A DNA stretch of 64,000 nucleotides from Opisthocomus hoazin. Lineage: Eukaryota. The notes under the pieces are model-generated. The model saw nothing but the letters and a program-made list of their open reading frames with translations. It searched no databases and had not been told where the DNA came from. Below, in pieces: positions 24,598-36,986 of this stretch. Numbering within the stretch: the first letter of the stretch is position 1; the number at the start of each line of letters is the position of its first letter. The DNA is taken from contig NC_134414.1 in NCBI RefSeq assembly GCF_030867145.1, positions 22,742,810 to 22,806,809 on the forward strand, read 5' to 3'. The position numbers and the translations under genes are program-made.

Positions 24598-26646
24598 CTT
24601 TAGTTGATATACTTTCTTGTACTCCATACTAAGCTGAATGAATTTTTATGTTCTTTCGGTTTCAAGTAATGATCTAATAATGGTATTTTTAAAAAATGAT
24701 ATTTTTGTTTGGTTTATGCCATTTAAAGTTCGGTGTTTTCCTGACTTTAGGTATTGTAGGAGTTTTCCACTTCTGACAAGGAGAAACACTGAGTGGCAAA
24801 GGAAATGGCAAAGTATTTCTGTCAAATAAAAAACACACATAAGTAGAAAATTGCTCTTTTTCTTCAGCTGTTCATTCAATAGTTCTGGTTGCCAACCATA
24901 CTGTATGTTGATAGGGATTTTTTGACCAGTTGTAGGCACCAGAAGTAGTGATTGTTGTAGCTGAGGTTGGCCAGCATCTTTTACTGAAAATAGGATTTAA
25001 TATTTTATATTTTGAACAGGTGTTTCTGGGGAAAGTTTCAACCAAAATAATGGACCCTTTTTGACAGCAAGGGAGAGGAAACATTCTGAAAATGGCAAAA
25101 TGGTCTTGGAGTTGCAATGTCTTAATGCTTCAGAGCAGCTAATGAATAAGGGTGTTGGGATTTTTGATGTATGTTATCCTGTCGCTCTAACTGATGGCTT
25201 GCTATTGACCAAATATAAATCCTCAGAGAAATTCGTTAAGGGTTTGTCAGCTCTTGAGGACATACCACTAGGCCTCCTCACTTTGATCAGAAAGCAGAAG
25301 GGGCTAAAGAGTTGTAAATACAGATGGGTGTATGACCACTAGGGAAAGATCTAAATAAACTTTTAACTCATCACTTGTTCTCAAATTTCAGCATTCTTAT
25401 GCTTATGTAGGTTATGGTGAAACACTCTAGTAAGGTGTTTACGCTTGAAGTTTGCATAAGAAGTAATAGCTTTCTGTTGCTTTTAGTTTTAGTGCAAGTA
25501 ATAGAAAGATCAGTAGGCTTGAGTCTGCTTATATGTTGGTATGGTTTCAAATCTTTTCCATGTAAAAAAGAATCATTTTTAAGGATTTAAAATTCTTTGA
25601 AATATGAATGAACACAAGATTGCAAAATCAAGCATTCAGAAGTGCGTTTGCTTGTGCAGCTTTATCCTGCTACAGGTGAGCATTGGTAAGTCTTCAAACA
25701 CAATCACATAGTGCATTGCCTCAAATGTAAGTTGCTTGTTTAAGAGATTGGAATTAGGCTGTTACAAGAGAAGTTGGACTTTTTTCAGCCTGTTAATACA
25801 GTTTGCAGGCATTTTAATGAACTTAGGTGGTACAGAAATCTTGGCCAAGACTAGGATGAGCGGCGCTTAATGTAGCATTGGTTTTGTTGTCCACAGCCCT
25901 TTCTTTTAACGGTTATTTAACCTGTCTGTCAGTCTTATCTTAGTGTTCCTGACTGCCTGTATCCTAAGAATATCTGCACAAAACATGCTTACTTCTGTTG
26001 TCTTTATTTCCTTTCTCTCGTGTTTCCCCCACCAGTGTTACTCTTCTTTCTGTGCAGTAAACAAGGAGGAAACAATAACATTCACAGTTAATTTAAAATT
26101 GGGCCATAGTGTAGCCGCCAAAGTTTGCAGTAAAGATATTAAACAAAAATTCTTTTAATCAAAGTACTAAATCTAGTCTGATTTGCTGTATGGTTTGGGG
26201 GTTTTTTTATGTCTGCTAGTTAATACCTTTCAAAAATCGGGCAGGATTTTTCCGACGTAGGTACTGTGGTACTCTGGTGCTTCTGTGTTTAGTCCTTCAG
26301 ACTTCTAATCTTCGATGCTTTGCGTCTGGGTTACTACATCACGATAAGCAAAACAGGATGAAGGCTATCACCTCTCTGCAGTAATCTTGTCTGATCTCTG
26401 CACCAATTCTATGCCTAACCATAAAGGGAGGAAAGGAGAAGTAAGCTCTTGCAGCGAGAAAGTATCTGAATTTGAGATTTATGCTCATCTGCTGTCAGGG
26501 CGAATGGGGGATAATCTTAAATCAAATAGTGGTGATGTGGAACCAGAAGCGAAGGTCACGCTGTCTTGCTGTCCTGCATGAGTGCAAAGTAAAGGCTGTG
26601 ATTTGGCTGTAAGAAGATAGTCTTGATACATAATTTGTGTTATTTA

Positions 26647-26767
26647 GGCAATCAGGTGCAGGCTGGCTTGCATTGAACCTTGTAAAGGGGCAGATGAGTG
26701 GAAGAGAGAAGCCAAGAAAAGATTTGAAGAAATGACTGAAGATAAACTTATGCTGTGTTCAGTTGTT
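26647..26767 (+). CDS. RNF17: RNF17 exon (AIRCRLACIEPCKGADEWKREAKKRFEEMTEDKLMLCSVV)
   Basis: P.QAI.C.LA.I.P....W...A...F pattern after a Tudor domain. Acceptor gtgttatttag|g and donor g|gtaagt. Confidence 0.7.
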
Positions 26768-27125
26768 GGTAAGTTACCAAGAGTGTATTAATTGATACTT
26801 AAATATTACTGACTTGACTCAAATGTAGAAACATGCGTTTTTCATATTTTAAACAGTAATTATTTGAAATGTTTATGTTCATACTTGTGACAGATAGCCA
26901 AGACTGAGAGTATCTAAACATGAACTGAATGGAGGAGACATAACAGATACAGCTTCTGACAAAAGTTCTGGCTATGTCTTCTCTTACAGACGACACCAGC
27001 ATTAAGTGATACAAAGTATCCTGGTGTATTAAGATAGTCTTGTTTCTTAAACCAGTAGCTATCGTTGACTCTTCCTGACTTTATTGGTAGCTGGGAGTGT
27101 GATTACTGCTGCTCTAAAATATTAT

Positions 27126-27142
27126 GGGGGGGGGGGGGGGGG
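27126..27142. repeat. Homopolymer (G)17
   Basis: A run of 17 G read directly. Confidence 0.95.
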
Positions 27143-27501
27143 TTCAGATAACACATAAATGCCCTAGTAGGATTTTTCTTAAAACCATTATTGTTAATAT
27201 GCAACTAGTTATTTTTCAGCACCTCTGGAATGGTGGTTTGGAAGTCATCTAATAAATGAAATTACATGTCATTTCTTTGTACAAAAATACTTTGTAATTA
27301 CTGGTGTAGTTTAAGCTAGTTTTACAGATACGTGCAAAGCTAAGCCTCTACATATTGTTTGTGTTCAGGATCAATTATTTTTTAAATCAAATGTAATTCT
27401 ACAAAATTCTGTCTTTTAATACCATTTCGTGTGCCTCCAAAACCATAGTCTTTACACTGCTACTGATTGGCATTAATTATGTATATATTATTCTTTCACA
27501 G

Positions 27502-27619
27502 AAATCTTAGATAATAACATCTTATCTGTTGAACTCTTGGACTCCTCTGCTGTTCATGACAGAAGCTTTAGTATTAACTGCCAGCTAGTTAAAGAACACC
27601 TAGCATCCTACATACCTGG
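27502..27619 (+). CDS. RNF17: RNF17 exon (EILDNNILSVELLDSSAVHDRSFSINCQLVKEHLASYIPG)
   Basis: Acceptor ttctttcacag|a and donor gg|gtaaat. Phase consistent. Confidence 0.6.
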
Positions 27620-28587
27620 GTAAATACACTATGCATAACTTAAAGTATTTGGCAATACTGATGTTATGTAACAAAATTACTGACTTTAGTATGTCACCTC
27701 CAGTGGCTGGTGTTTACCACATCTGTGATAAATTCATTACAAACCACTTTTGCCAACTGACATAAGTTACAGAGTGTAACTCTGCAGTTTGGCATAGTGG
27801 AATTCTCAAACTAAATCTTGACTAACATAACGTATTGAAATTGTAATTGATTTAAAAGTTGGAGATTAAATGTTTGCATCATACTTGTAGTGCACGTAAG
27901 TGCCAAATCTTCCCAAAATGGCTAACATTAAGGTTCCCACTCCCTTGTAGTAGGAAAAGAAACACCACTTTTGTGTGTTTTAACCTGCAGCTAAGGTAAA
28001 TGATCTCTTAGAAAGGTCTGTTAGAAAAGAAATACTCAGATAACCAGCTATGACAGCAACAGAAGGAGTTGGGAAGCCTGCTGGGCGAGATGAGGCTGAT
28101 AAGGAGATAACACTGCTGCATTTTATTTTGTTGGCTTTTAAAAAAGATAATCCGTGGGCTGTATTCATGAAAATCAATAATTACTCTCTAATTAATGTTT
28201 TTTGAATGCTAATGAAAACAAAAAGGTTGTTAAATAGAAAGTTTTGATTCCAAAAGGGAGTTCCTGAATTTGCTTTTTTTCAGGAGGAAGCAAATAAGTG
28301 GATATTCATCTCTTAGCTCAGAAATCTAACTAAATCCAAGTAACACTTGTCTTTTAATAGTCACAATGTTTAGTAAGATTTTTGTAAAGTTAAACAGCTT
28401 TATTTAAATCTGAACAGCTGAATTGTTTTGCCACTGTTACTAGGGTATTTTGTTGTGTTGCAGCTTAGATGCCTGCTTCCTGCCTGCAAACAAGTGGGTG
28501 TATTACTTTAATGTAAGTTGCTGTGTAACACTGATAACTTTACTAATGTGGATTTTTCTGGTCGCTCGCTCGCTCTACCTTCTTTAG

Positions 28588-28650
28588 TTGGACTGGGGAG
28601 AAGATAGCAGAAACTGGAGCACAAAAACTCATGGGTCAAAATAAAGACAG
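28588..28650 (+). CDS. RNF17: RNF17 small exon (GWTGEKIAETGAQKLMGQNKD)
   Basis: Acceptor ctaccttctttag|t and donor ag|gtaagt. Phase consistent. Confidence 0.5.
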
Positions 28651-28749
28651 GTAAGTCACTTACCAAGTACTGTTGCGGGCAAAACAGACTTAATTTGAGT
28701 TAATTAAGGCCATACTAATTAGCATAAATATTTAATTACTGATTCAGGC

Positions 28750-29600
28750 ATTGGGACACAAAAGACAAACATTTATAGCACCTACCCACCCCCTTTCCCA
28801 GGCTCAACTTGACCCCAAGCACCTCTCCTCACCCTGCTACACTGCAGTTCAACTCAGTCCCTTCAGGGAGGCAGTGGGCAGTGCAGGGCTTGAGGTCAGG
28901 ACACCGCAGTTTCTTTCTGCTGCTCCTTCCTTCTAGCTCTTTTCTTCCTGTGATCCAGTGTGGCCCTCCACAGGCCTTAGTCACTTCAGTAGTGTGCCTC
29001 TTCTCCCACAAAGGACCTGCTACAGATCTTGGTATTGCCTGTGTTATTTCTCTTCTGTTCCTTTTTCTCTCTCCCTGGTGTTTTCTGCCCTTCAATAAAT
29101 TAGAGGTGCCACCAGCTTCATTGAAGGGCTCAGCCATGTCCTGTGGAGGGTCTGTTGCAGAGATGGCTGAAACGGGCTGTGTCTGCCATGGGGCAGCACC
29201 TCGGCTCATCTCTCAGAGGTTGCTTCTTGCAGCCCCTCTCCCCAGCTCCCAGCACCTTACCATCTACAGCCAGTGCACCAGGTCTTTTAGTTGGAATGAC
29301 GTTTCCATTTGATGAGAGGGCAAGGAGGTTGTATTGTGGAGGTTTGGGGGGGTTTTGGCTTGCTTTGTTTTCCAGCGTGCATAGATCTCTGGCCCTCCAG
29401 AGCTCGTTTGTCACACTTTTCACTGAATTTCCCATTTGTGAAGATCAATGTCTGCAAAAAAGCAAGAGACTGGTGAATAACTTAAACCTACTTTAGGTCA
29501 TTTAGAGTCACTTTGGGATTATGATTACTTTTCTGTGTTTAATGCTGTGGAGGGATGCCCAGGCCAGCTCTGAACTAGTGCGAGACAGTATAAGCACGAG
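28750..29600. repeat. Unclassified GC-richer block with overlapping ORFs on both strands; probably an interspersed repeat, perhaps an LTR-like element
   Basis: Composition differs sharply from the AT-rich intron around it. There are four or more overlapping ORFs over 100 aa on both strands, no splice-consistent frame, and an internal aataaa. Confidence 0.3.
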
Positions 29601-30928
29601 AGCACAGCGCTCCGCTGAAGCTGACTTGTTGACAAGCAGCCACTGGTAACCTTACTCTTGCATTGAAACAGGAAGTAGTCCATACAGAATTCCAGGAAGA
29701 AACCTTGGAATCTGAAATTCATTCCAAATTGATTTTTTCTTAGGGATCTGCAATGATTGTGCTATACTGGAGTTATTAGAGAAGGGGTTGTAAGATGTAT
29801 AACATGTATTTCACTTGGGAGAACTCTCCATGGCAGATTGCCTCTGTGCGTCTCATAGATCAGACTAGTTGTACGTGAGTTAAGCGTGTTTGTTAGCTAT
29901 GGTGTTCATTTCTTTCCTGGTTCTACAAGTTAGCTGTTTTATTCAGCAGTTTCGAAATACCTACATCGGGAAGGTTTGCATAAATAATTGTGTGGCGATA
30001 CGTAGTGGATGATTCAGTATTTTATGGAATTTTCTTTTGGACAGAGCAGTTTGTTTCCTTTCCATGATGAAGAGGATCTCTGAAGACAGAGAAAAGTTTC
30101 TTCCTGAAGGCCCAGAAATGGCCAGCAGTTAAACTTATGCTTGCTGTCTCCCTTAGTCAGTGATGTTTACAAAAAGCCAGTTCTTTTGCATTAACAGGTT
30201 TTTTTTCAAGCTGCAATCTCTCACGTCTCTAGTTGGCACAGTTCGTGCAGGCTTGTAGTAAGCTGGGCTGTGGCTCAAAACACATACCAGCCAACTCTTG
30301 GTTGCTGTTGGGCTTTATTCTATCCAGTTCACACAATTTAAAGAAGTTTTCGTTGAGGTGTTACTATAATCGTACTTCATTCTCTACTTAGGAAAGTGCT
30401 AGCACGAGTTGTGTTGTATTTGTATCCTCAGGGAATGCTGGAAAGGTAAAATGTTTCACTAATGTTAATATTCTTCACTTCTGAAAGGAAAATTTACACT
30501 TCTTAAAAGTTGAATATTTCAGCTTTCACTCAGAGGCAGCACTGATTTCCAGAAGCATGATACTAGTAATTTGATGTATTTTAAGACAGACACAAACATT
30601 AACGTTTGGCAGCCAATCTGTGTCAGGCTTGTTTTTCTGCTGGCAGTCTATATTGCATAGTGCTTTCATCTGTCCATAGAATGTGCAAAGATACCTTCTG
30701 AAGGAGAATAAAAATAAATTGCTATAATGAGTGTTTCAGAAGCAGCATTCAGAAATGTTTTTGTCTTTTACTGGGGTGTTTTTCTGCTTTTCGAAGTTAC
30801 TCATTGTTCTTCATGCTTCTTCATGTTGAATGATTCCTGTCATGTTGAACTGTGATTACTGAGTTCTTTTTCACTTTGTTTAAAATGTGTTTAAACTTTC
30901 CATTCTAATTACTTTATGCTCTTTACAG

Positions 30929-31139
30929 GTACACTGAAAGTACTGCTGTAAGGCCCAATGAAATATGGGATGATCCTCTAGAAGAAATTCCTGAAACTTC
31001 AGAAGCTTTAAGTCCTGTAGACCTGGAATCTGTGGATGAAGGAGATTACAAATCGCTTTGTAAGAAAGAGCTTCAAGTGAGAATTAGTCATGTTGTGTCT
31101 CCTAGTAAAATTTTTATACAGTGGCTGTCATCAGAAAGC
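30929..31139 (+). CDS. RNF17: RNF17 exon, start of eTudor 3 (..YTESTAVRPNEIWDDPLEEIPETSEALSPVDLESVDEGDYKSLCKKELQVRISHVVSPSKIFIQWLSSES)
   Basis: ISHVVSPSKIFIQ is the eTudor start. Acceptor ctctttacag|g. Donor agc|gtactg at 31139 was chosen because it keeps the phase into exon 32546. An alternative donor sits at 31150. Confidence 0.65.
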
Positions 31140-31667
31140 GTACTGAAAAGGTACTAAAATTCAGAGAACTTCTGTTGAGTTAAGGCATTCTTATTACAAA
31201 CTGGTGAAGTATAGTTTAGAAAAAACTATTGATGAAGATTGCATTTGGCTCTGGTTGACGTGTCTTGCTTTGTTGAGGAAAGTGTAGGAACCAAAGACAG
31301 ATTGGCTCTATGTTGTGGCTTATTAAATATTTGTGATTCCAAATTAAGTACATGATCTAACTCCTATTTCAAATCAGTTTTAGTGTTGTAAGCTGTTGTT
31401 GTAAGTCTGATAAATGCAGCACTGTCCAGAAAGATTAAATCTTTCTGCTCGCTCCTTTCTCCTCCTCATTCCTTCTTTAGAAATCTTGTTAAACAATACC
31501 GATATCCTGAGCTATGGAACTTCAAGTTATTTCTTTCAGCGTGATTCTAATATGGTGTTAGGAAAGTTTGAAGGCAATTTCTAGACATAGCGTATCAACC
31601 TTCCTTTGATAGCTATTCAGGTAACATTTAGGTAGTAGTGTGTACTGTTTGAAGACCGTTAAATGCA

Positions 31668-32118
31668 CATATGAGGGCTACGAGGATGGTGAGGGGACTG
31701 GAACATCTCTCCTACGAGGAGAGGCTGAGGGAGCTCGGCTTGTTCAGCCTGAAGAAGAGAAGGCTGCGAGGGGACTTTATAAATGCTTACAAATATCTGA
31801 AGGGTGGGTGTCAGGAAGATGGGGCCAAACTCTTTTCGGTAGTGCCCAGCAACAGGACAAGGTGCAATGGGCACAAACTGAAGCACAAGAAGTTCCGTCT
31901 GAACATGAGGAAGAACTTCTTCCCTCTGAGGGTGACGGAGCACTGGAACAGGCTGCCCAGGGAGGTGGTGAAGTCTCCTTCTCTGGAGATATTCAAGACC
32001 TGCCTGGACAAGGTCCTGTGCAACCTTCTGTAGGTGACCCTACTTCAACGGGAGCGTTGGACTAGATGACCCACAAGAGGTCCCTTCCAACCCGTACCAT
32101 TCTGTGATTCTGTGATAC
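31668..32118 (+). mobile_element. CR1 LINE 3' fragment
   Basis: [54 protein letters not shown]...[33 protein letters not shown] plus ccattctgtgattctgtgatacc. Confidence 0.9.
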
Positions 32119-32545
32119 CATTGCTTAGCGCAAGTTTCTTATTTTCTGCCTCTTTATTTCTTCTTTCATCTTTTTATCTTCTTGTCTGTAGCTACCTAGA
32201 GTCCCATTGGATTAGTCATGACACTAAATGAGTACCACACTCAAGTTGTTGAGAAAATATCTTTCAAGTGGTGCTATACCTATGGGTCAGGATCACTCAG
32301 ATTAATTTTGTTCTGTAAGAAAACATGATGGTTTTAGAGAATTTTAATCGGACTGCTGTGTTTTGAAGCTCCGTTTCATGTATTTCTAACGTGTCATGAA
32401 AAAAACTACAATACTGTGTGTCTGTTACAAACAGTTACTAGAATTTTCCTGCATGCTAGTTAAGTGGTTATGGACCAGATAAACCCTTTATTCACTGGAT
32501 AATATTTTACCACTAAGAAGTGGTCTTTTGAATGTTAGTTTACAG

Positions 32546-32689
32546 GAGAAGATGGCTGCCATCTACAAAGAATCCCAACCACAGTCTGTGAAGTGGGAAA
32601 GTAGTATGCACTGTGCTGTTTACGTACATGATTTGAAACAGTGGCAAAGAGCTGAGATAAGCAGGATTGTGTCTGAAACAAGCGCAGAG
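32546..32689 (+). CDS. RNF17: RNF17 exon, Tudor 3 core (EKMAAIYKESQPQSVKWESSMHCAVYVHDLKQWQRAEISRIVSETSAE)
   Basis: MHCAVY..D..WQRAEI is the Tudor core. Acceptor gtttacag|g and donor gag|gtaaac. Confidence 0.8.
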
Positions 32690-32837
32690 GTAAACCTGTT
32701 GCCATAAGAGGGCTCATACTTTCATTTCTCAAGTGTGTAAGCATTCACTGATTAAAATAATGTCAAATCTTTGCTTGTTACTTCTGTGTTAATATTTTCA
32801 CATAAAGCCTCAAGTTTGAGTTACGTTGTACATTGCT

Positions 32838-33485
32838 GTGTCCTGGTTTCGACTGGGATAGAGTTAGATTCCCTCCCAGTAGCTGCTGTGTTTTGGGTTT
32901 AGTATGAGAAGAATGTTGATAACACTGATGTTTTGAGTTGTCGCTATGAAATCAAGGACTTTTTTCTGGTTTCTCATATTCAGCTAATGAGCAGGTGTAC
33001 AAGAGCTGGCGGGGAGCCCAGCCAGGCAGCTAGCCCGAGCTAGCCGACAGAAATGTTCCATACTATGGGTGTCATGCTTGGCTTATTAATGGGGGTTGGC
33101 AGGGGGGCAGGAATTTGGCTCTTCTCGTTTTCATGGGTTCAAATCCTCTCTTGTCTGGGAGCTTGAACTTTTCTGGGAGTTTGGTCTTTTTCGTGAGTTT
33201 TGGAAATTCACAAAATCCCTCAGTTTGGGGTTCCATGAGCACTGCTCAGGGAAGGACTGCAAATTGGTCATCGGATGGTGAGAAAATTGTATGTAGTTTG
33301 CTTTGCATATGCATTATTATAATTGTTAGTATCAGTATTTGCTTTGTCTTATTAAACTGTGTGTATCTGAACCCATGAGTTTTACCTTTTGTCCATGTCC
33401 CCTCCCCATCCCACCTGCTGGGAAGGGGAGGGGTGAACGAGTGGCTGTTGGGTCCTAGTTGCCAGCTGCCACGTTAAACCACAGC
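32838..33485 (+). mobile_element. Solo LTR of an avian endogenous retrovirus, about 650 bp, TG...CA ends, in an RNF17 intron
   Basis: Starts tgtcctggtttcgactggg and ends gttaaaccaca. Internal U3-like block ccatactatgggtgtcatgcttggcttattaatggggg, then a G/C-rich stretch. Related to the element at 60877-61400. Confidence 0.6.
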
Positions 33486-34458
33486 ATTCTGCTGACAAGA
33501 TTACTGTCTCATCAAAGCTCAGGTGCCTTCAGCAGGGAACCTGGTAGTTGAAGAAGGCTCAGGAGGTTGATTTTGTGTGTGTTTACACTACATTTTGCAG
33601 CATAGCACGGATTCCCAAGCTATAGTCCAACAGTTTAGCTTAGATTCCAGAAGATGTGTGAATCCAGGGGTCACATTAATTCAAACTTCATGATCCTTGC
33701 TGAGAGATGGAGGCAACTGAACTGAGTGCAACACCACAGGAACACATGTAGTCATACTGTTGTTTGAACCTCACACTGATGGTGATGCACTGCTATGTAG
33801 GTGTAACATTTTCCACAGTAACTTCTGACACAGTGCTGTTTTAAACGTGTTTTGTCGCACTCATTTGAAAAGAATAAGGTGCATCAGAAGAGGCATTTTG
33901 TGAATAGATAACTACTTGACTCAAAAGTAAGAGTGGCTTTTTAATCATACAGATAATCCAGGACTGGATTACCATTGGTTCTCTCCACCATCATTAGATT
34001 ATGCCCATGGGTCTTGCTAGTAAGAGGCAGAAGTGGGACTTTCTATACTTCTGGTTTGCATCATCTGCTTTCTGAGGCTAAGAGCTCTGAAACAGCTATT
34101 TAACCACTTCAGAATAAAAAGCAAGGGGTAGAGGGGAGCTATTTCAATGTTTCTAGGTTTAATAATTTAAATGCACTGTTTTAACTGAGGCATGGCAAAA
34201 GAAATATTCCAGTAACAGCCTCTGTAAATTTGTTTAACCCCCTTTGAGCACATTTGTGTGTTTTATTCTCTCAGTACGCTGTGGTAGTCATTTGTGTTGT
34301 GTGATGGAGTACTTCAGTGCAAAGGCCATTCGTTGAATCCTGGTAATGTTTGTTTGAGTTCTGTTTACTTATTCAGACATGCTTTGAATTATAATCTGCT
34401 ACAGATAACACTAAGAAAGAGTTTTTTTCTGTTTCATTGTGTTTCTTGTCTGCAATAG

Positions 34459-34577
34459 GTAATACTTTATGATTCCGGTGCTGAAAAAACAGTGGATATC
34501 AGCTGTCTAAGAAAACTTGAAGAAAATGTGAAGATAATTAGGACATTAGCAATAGAATGTTCCCTGGCAGATATAAG
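34459..34577 (+). CDS. RNF17: RNF17 exon, Tudor 3 end (VILYDSGAEKTVDISCLRKLEENVKIIRTLAIECSLADI)
   Basis: V.YID.G..E.V...L..L then AIECSLA. Acceptor tgcaatag|g and donor aag|gtagcc. Confidence 0.7.
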
Positions 34578-35220
34578 GTAGCCTTTCCCCTTTTACTGAG
34601 TAGCACTGTTAGAAATGCAATAATGACATAACTTAATATTTTCTGGTATTAGCACTGACTGTCTAAGATTTGGATGTGGTTTGCTTTTTGAATAAAGAAG
34701 AAATGGGATGGTGGCTGTGATTTATAAAGGGTTTTTTTTCTAAGGGTTATGCTATATACCAGTAAAGAAAAAATCATGCTTTAGAAAGAAAGAATATTTA
34801 TAGGATTAAATAGAAAATACTGGACAGATGATAGAGGTTTTTCTTATTTCACTGAATGCTTTAACTTGGCTCGGAATTTGAGATGAATCAGATCTCATGA
34901 AAATGTACAGGTGGTCTCTTTTTTCTAGACTGTAGATAAGAGAAAGAACTGGGGTATTCTCCTGGACATTTGTTTGTGTGCTGTCTATACTGTGAAGAAA
35001 AAATAATCATGTCTGTAATACCCATTACAAAGAATATAAAAAGCCTAATTTGAAGATGAAATATGGATTTTGTTTTGTTGTTAAGACAGATGCCATACCC
35101 TCGTTTTGAAGTTTTGGGGTTATATTTTTGAATTCTTCCCGTCTAATATATCCAGAGATGATGATGTTTCCTTTTCCTGTTGACTGTAATGGACGTTGTC
35201 TTTTTTCCCTGACAGTTCAG

Positions 35221-35419
35221 ACAGTTTCAAAAAAATCAAAATCTCAGTAAAGGGAAGGGTTTGTGGTTAAGCTCAGGAGATACCAACGTCACTTATACTA
35301 AAGGACATTATAATTTGTTCTATGTTAGACCAACAGGTGGAAGCACACAGTGGACAGCAACAGTGTGTGAATGTTTATCCTATTACCTAACTGGAGCACA
35401 AGTGAAAGTAATCATACAG
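35221..35419 (+). CDS. RNF17: RNF17 exon (RQFQKNQNLSKGKGLWLSSGDTNVTYTKGHYNLFYVRPTGGSTQWTATVCECLSYYLTGAQVKVIIQ)
   Basis: Acceptor gacagttcag|a and donor cag|gtttgt. Phase consistent on both sides. Confidence 0.6.
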
Positions 35420-36250
35420 GTTTGTAAGCAAAACCAGCAGCATTTGTATAATTTCTGTGAGGTTGTCTGTTAATTTCATTTTTTCCTGAATGTTTTCACT
35501 TTTCAAAAAAGTCCTGAGTGGAACTTGCTTAGATTGCTGTTTGCTGTAGGGGAAAAGATGGGATTTCTTTTTTCTGCTTTTCATTGGTCACTGGAGCATT
35601 AGAGCAGTTTGGCTACCCAGTATGGAAACAACACAGTCTTAGATACATTTAGCTACTGAAGAATAATCATGTTTTTGGGATCACTAGGTGCTGACAGCTT
35701 TTATGGACAGATGAGCGAGATGCTCGTGTTCTTGATGAGAATAGTTTCAGCAGGTACTATATTAGTTTTCAAGCCTCAGAAACTGAAAGAATGAGTCCAG
35801 TGTTGTACGAACGTCATTAGTGACTGATTTCTTCCACTGTTAAAAAAGAAAATGAATTATTATGAGATTTTGATTTGTTTAGTGTCAGTTGGCAGCTGCC
35901 AGTGAGGTTTTTACAGTGTGTCTGGAAATAAAAGCATTGGTGAGCAAAGTTGTTCATGAGTGGATTTAAAGCTCCTGCTAGAGGAATGTAAATATTTGGC
36001 AGTTCATTCTAATATAACAGCTTAAGGAAAGAGCAAGGTTTTATTCTGTTACTCTTTTTTACTGTCGTGTTTAGAACAGTTGGTAAAATGATGGGAACTG
36101 TGACATGGATTAAATAAGTTTTGTGTCTTCTGATGTGGGCATCAGTTGTTCAATGACATCTGATTTTCTGTCAGTACAATGAAAAACATGTCTGTAGTTT
36201 AGAGCAAATGTATGTTGTAATATGTTGTCTAGCGCTCTCATTTTTTGCAG

Positions 36251-36366
36251 GAAAGTGATGGGGCTTGTGCATTGCCTGTGAAAATTCTTTGCAAAGATGA
36301 AACAGGACAATTGATTGATATTTCAGAACACCTTATTAAAAAGGGTCTGGCTTTTAGAAACAAAAG
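36251..36366 (+). CDS. RNF17: RNF17 exon (ESDGACALPVKILCKDETGQLIDISEHLIKKGLAFRNK)
   Basis: Acceptor ctcattttttgcag|g and donor aaaag|gtttgg. Confidence 0.65.
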
Positions 36367-36678
36367 GTTTGGATACTTTTTTTATTCTTTCAGACCCTTG
36401 TATTCACAGGGTGGTAAGCTAATAAGTAAGACAAAAATTTGGATTGTTCTTTACAGCGTATATAGCAACAGAACTCCATCTTTAGTAAACTTATTTGAGT
36501 ATAGCATTATTAATCGTATGCATTACACGTTTCAGATCTCTAAGTTGCTAGATGCAATTAACAGTATTTTAACAAGCATTTGCCATCTTTGTTTTTTTAC
36601 TTCTATGATTTTATTCTTTTGCACTACTCAAGTTCTTTATCAGTTAATGTATTGATACAATTTGGTTGAATCTGCTAG

Positions 36679-36986
36679 CACTGATAAAGCTGGTGTGGCA
36701 TGCTCAGTCTCCAAGGAGCACCTTGAAGTACAGTTTAAGCAAGAGAACACACAACTGGATGGTTGTAATTCCAAAACTGCATGTGTGAGAAACAGCGCTG
36801 CTCCAGAGGAAAACATCACTGTTTCAGAGAGTGAACAAAAATCATGCAAAACATATGAGTCATTGCCTCGTTCAGGAATGGATGAAATATATAAATCCCC
36901 AAGTATACCTGAAGCAAAAATTTTTCAAGCTGTAGTAAGTTATGTTGGACATGATGGAACTATTTATATAATACCAAAATCATCTG
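36679..36986 (+). CDS. RNF17: RNF17 exon, linker plus start of eTudor 4 (STDKAGVACSVSKEHLEVQFKQENTQLDGCNSKTACVRNSAAPEENITVSESEQKSCKTYESLPRSGMDEIYKSPSIPEAKIFQAVVSYVGHDGTIYIIPKSS)
   Basis: IFQAVVSYVGHDGTIYIIP is the eTudor N-terminal element. Acceptor gaatctgctag|c and donor g|gtaaga. Confidence 0.7.

Noticed and set aside
36245-36655. The 136-aa ORF considered as one long exon
   Set aside because: Only the first 38 codons, 36251-36366, are exonic. The donor aaaag|gtttgg ends the exon there. The remainder is AT-rich intron read-through with low-complexity translation.
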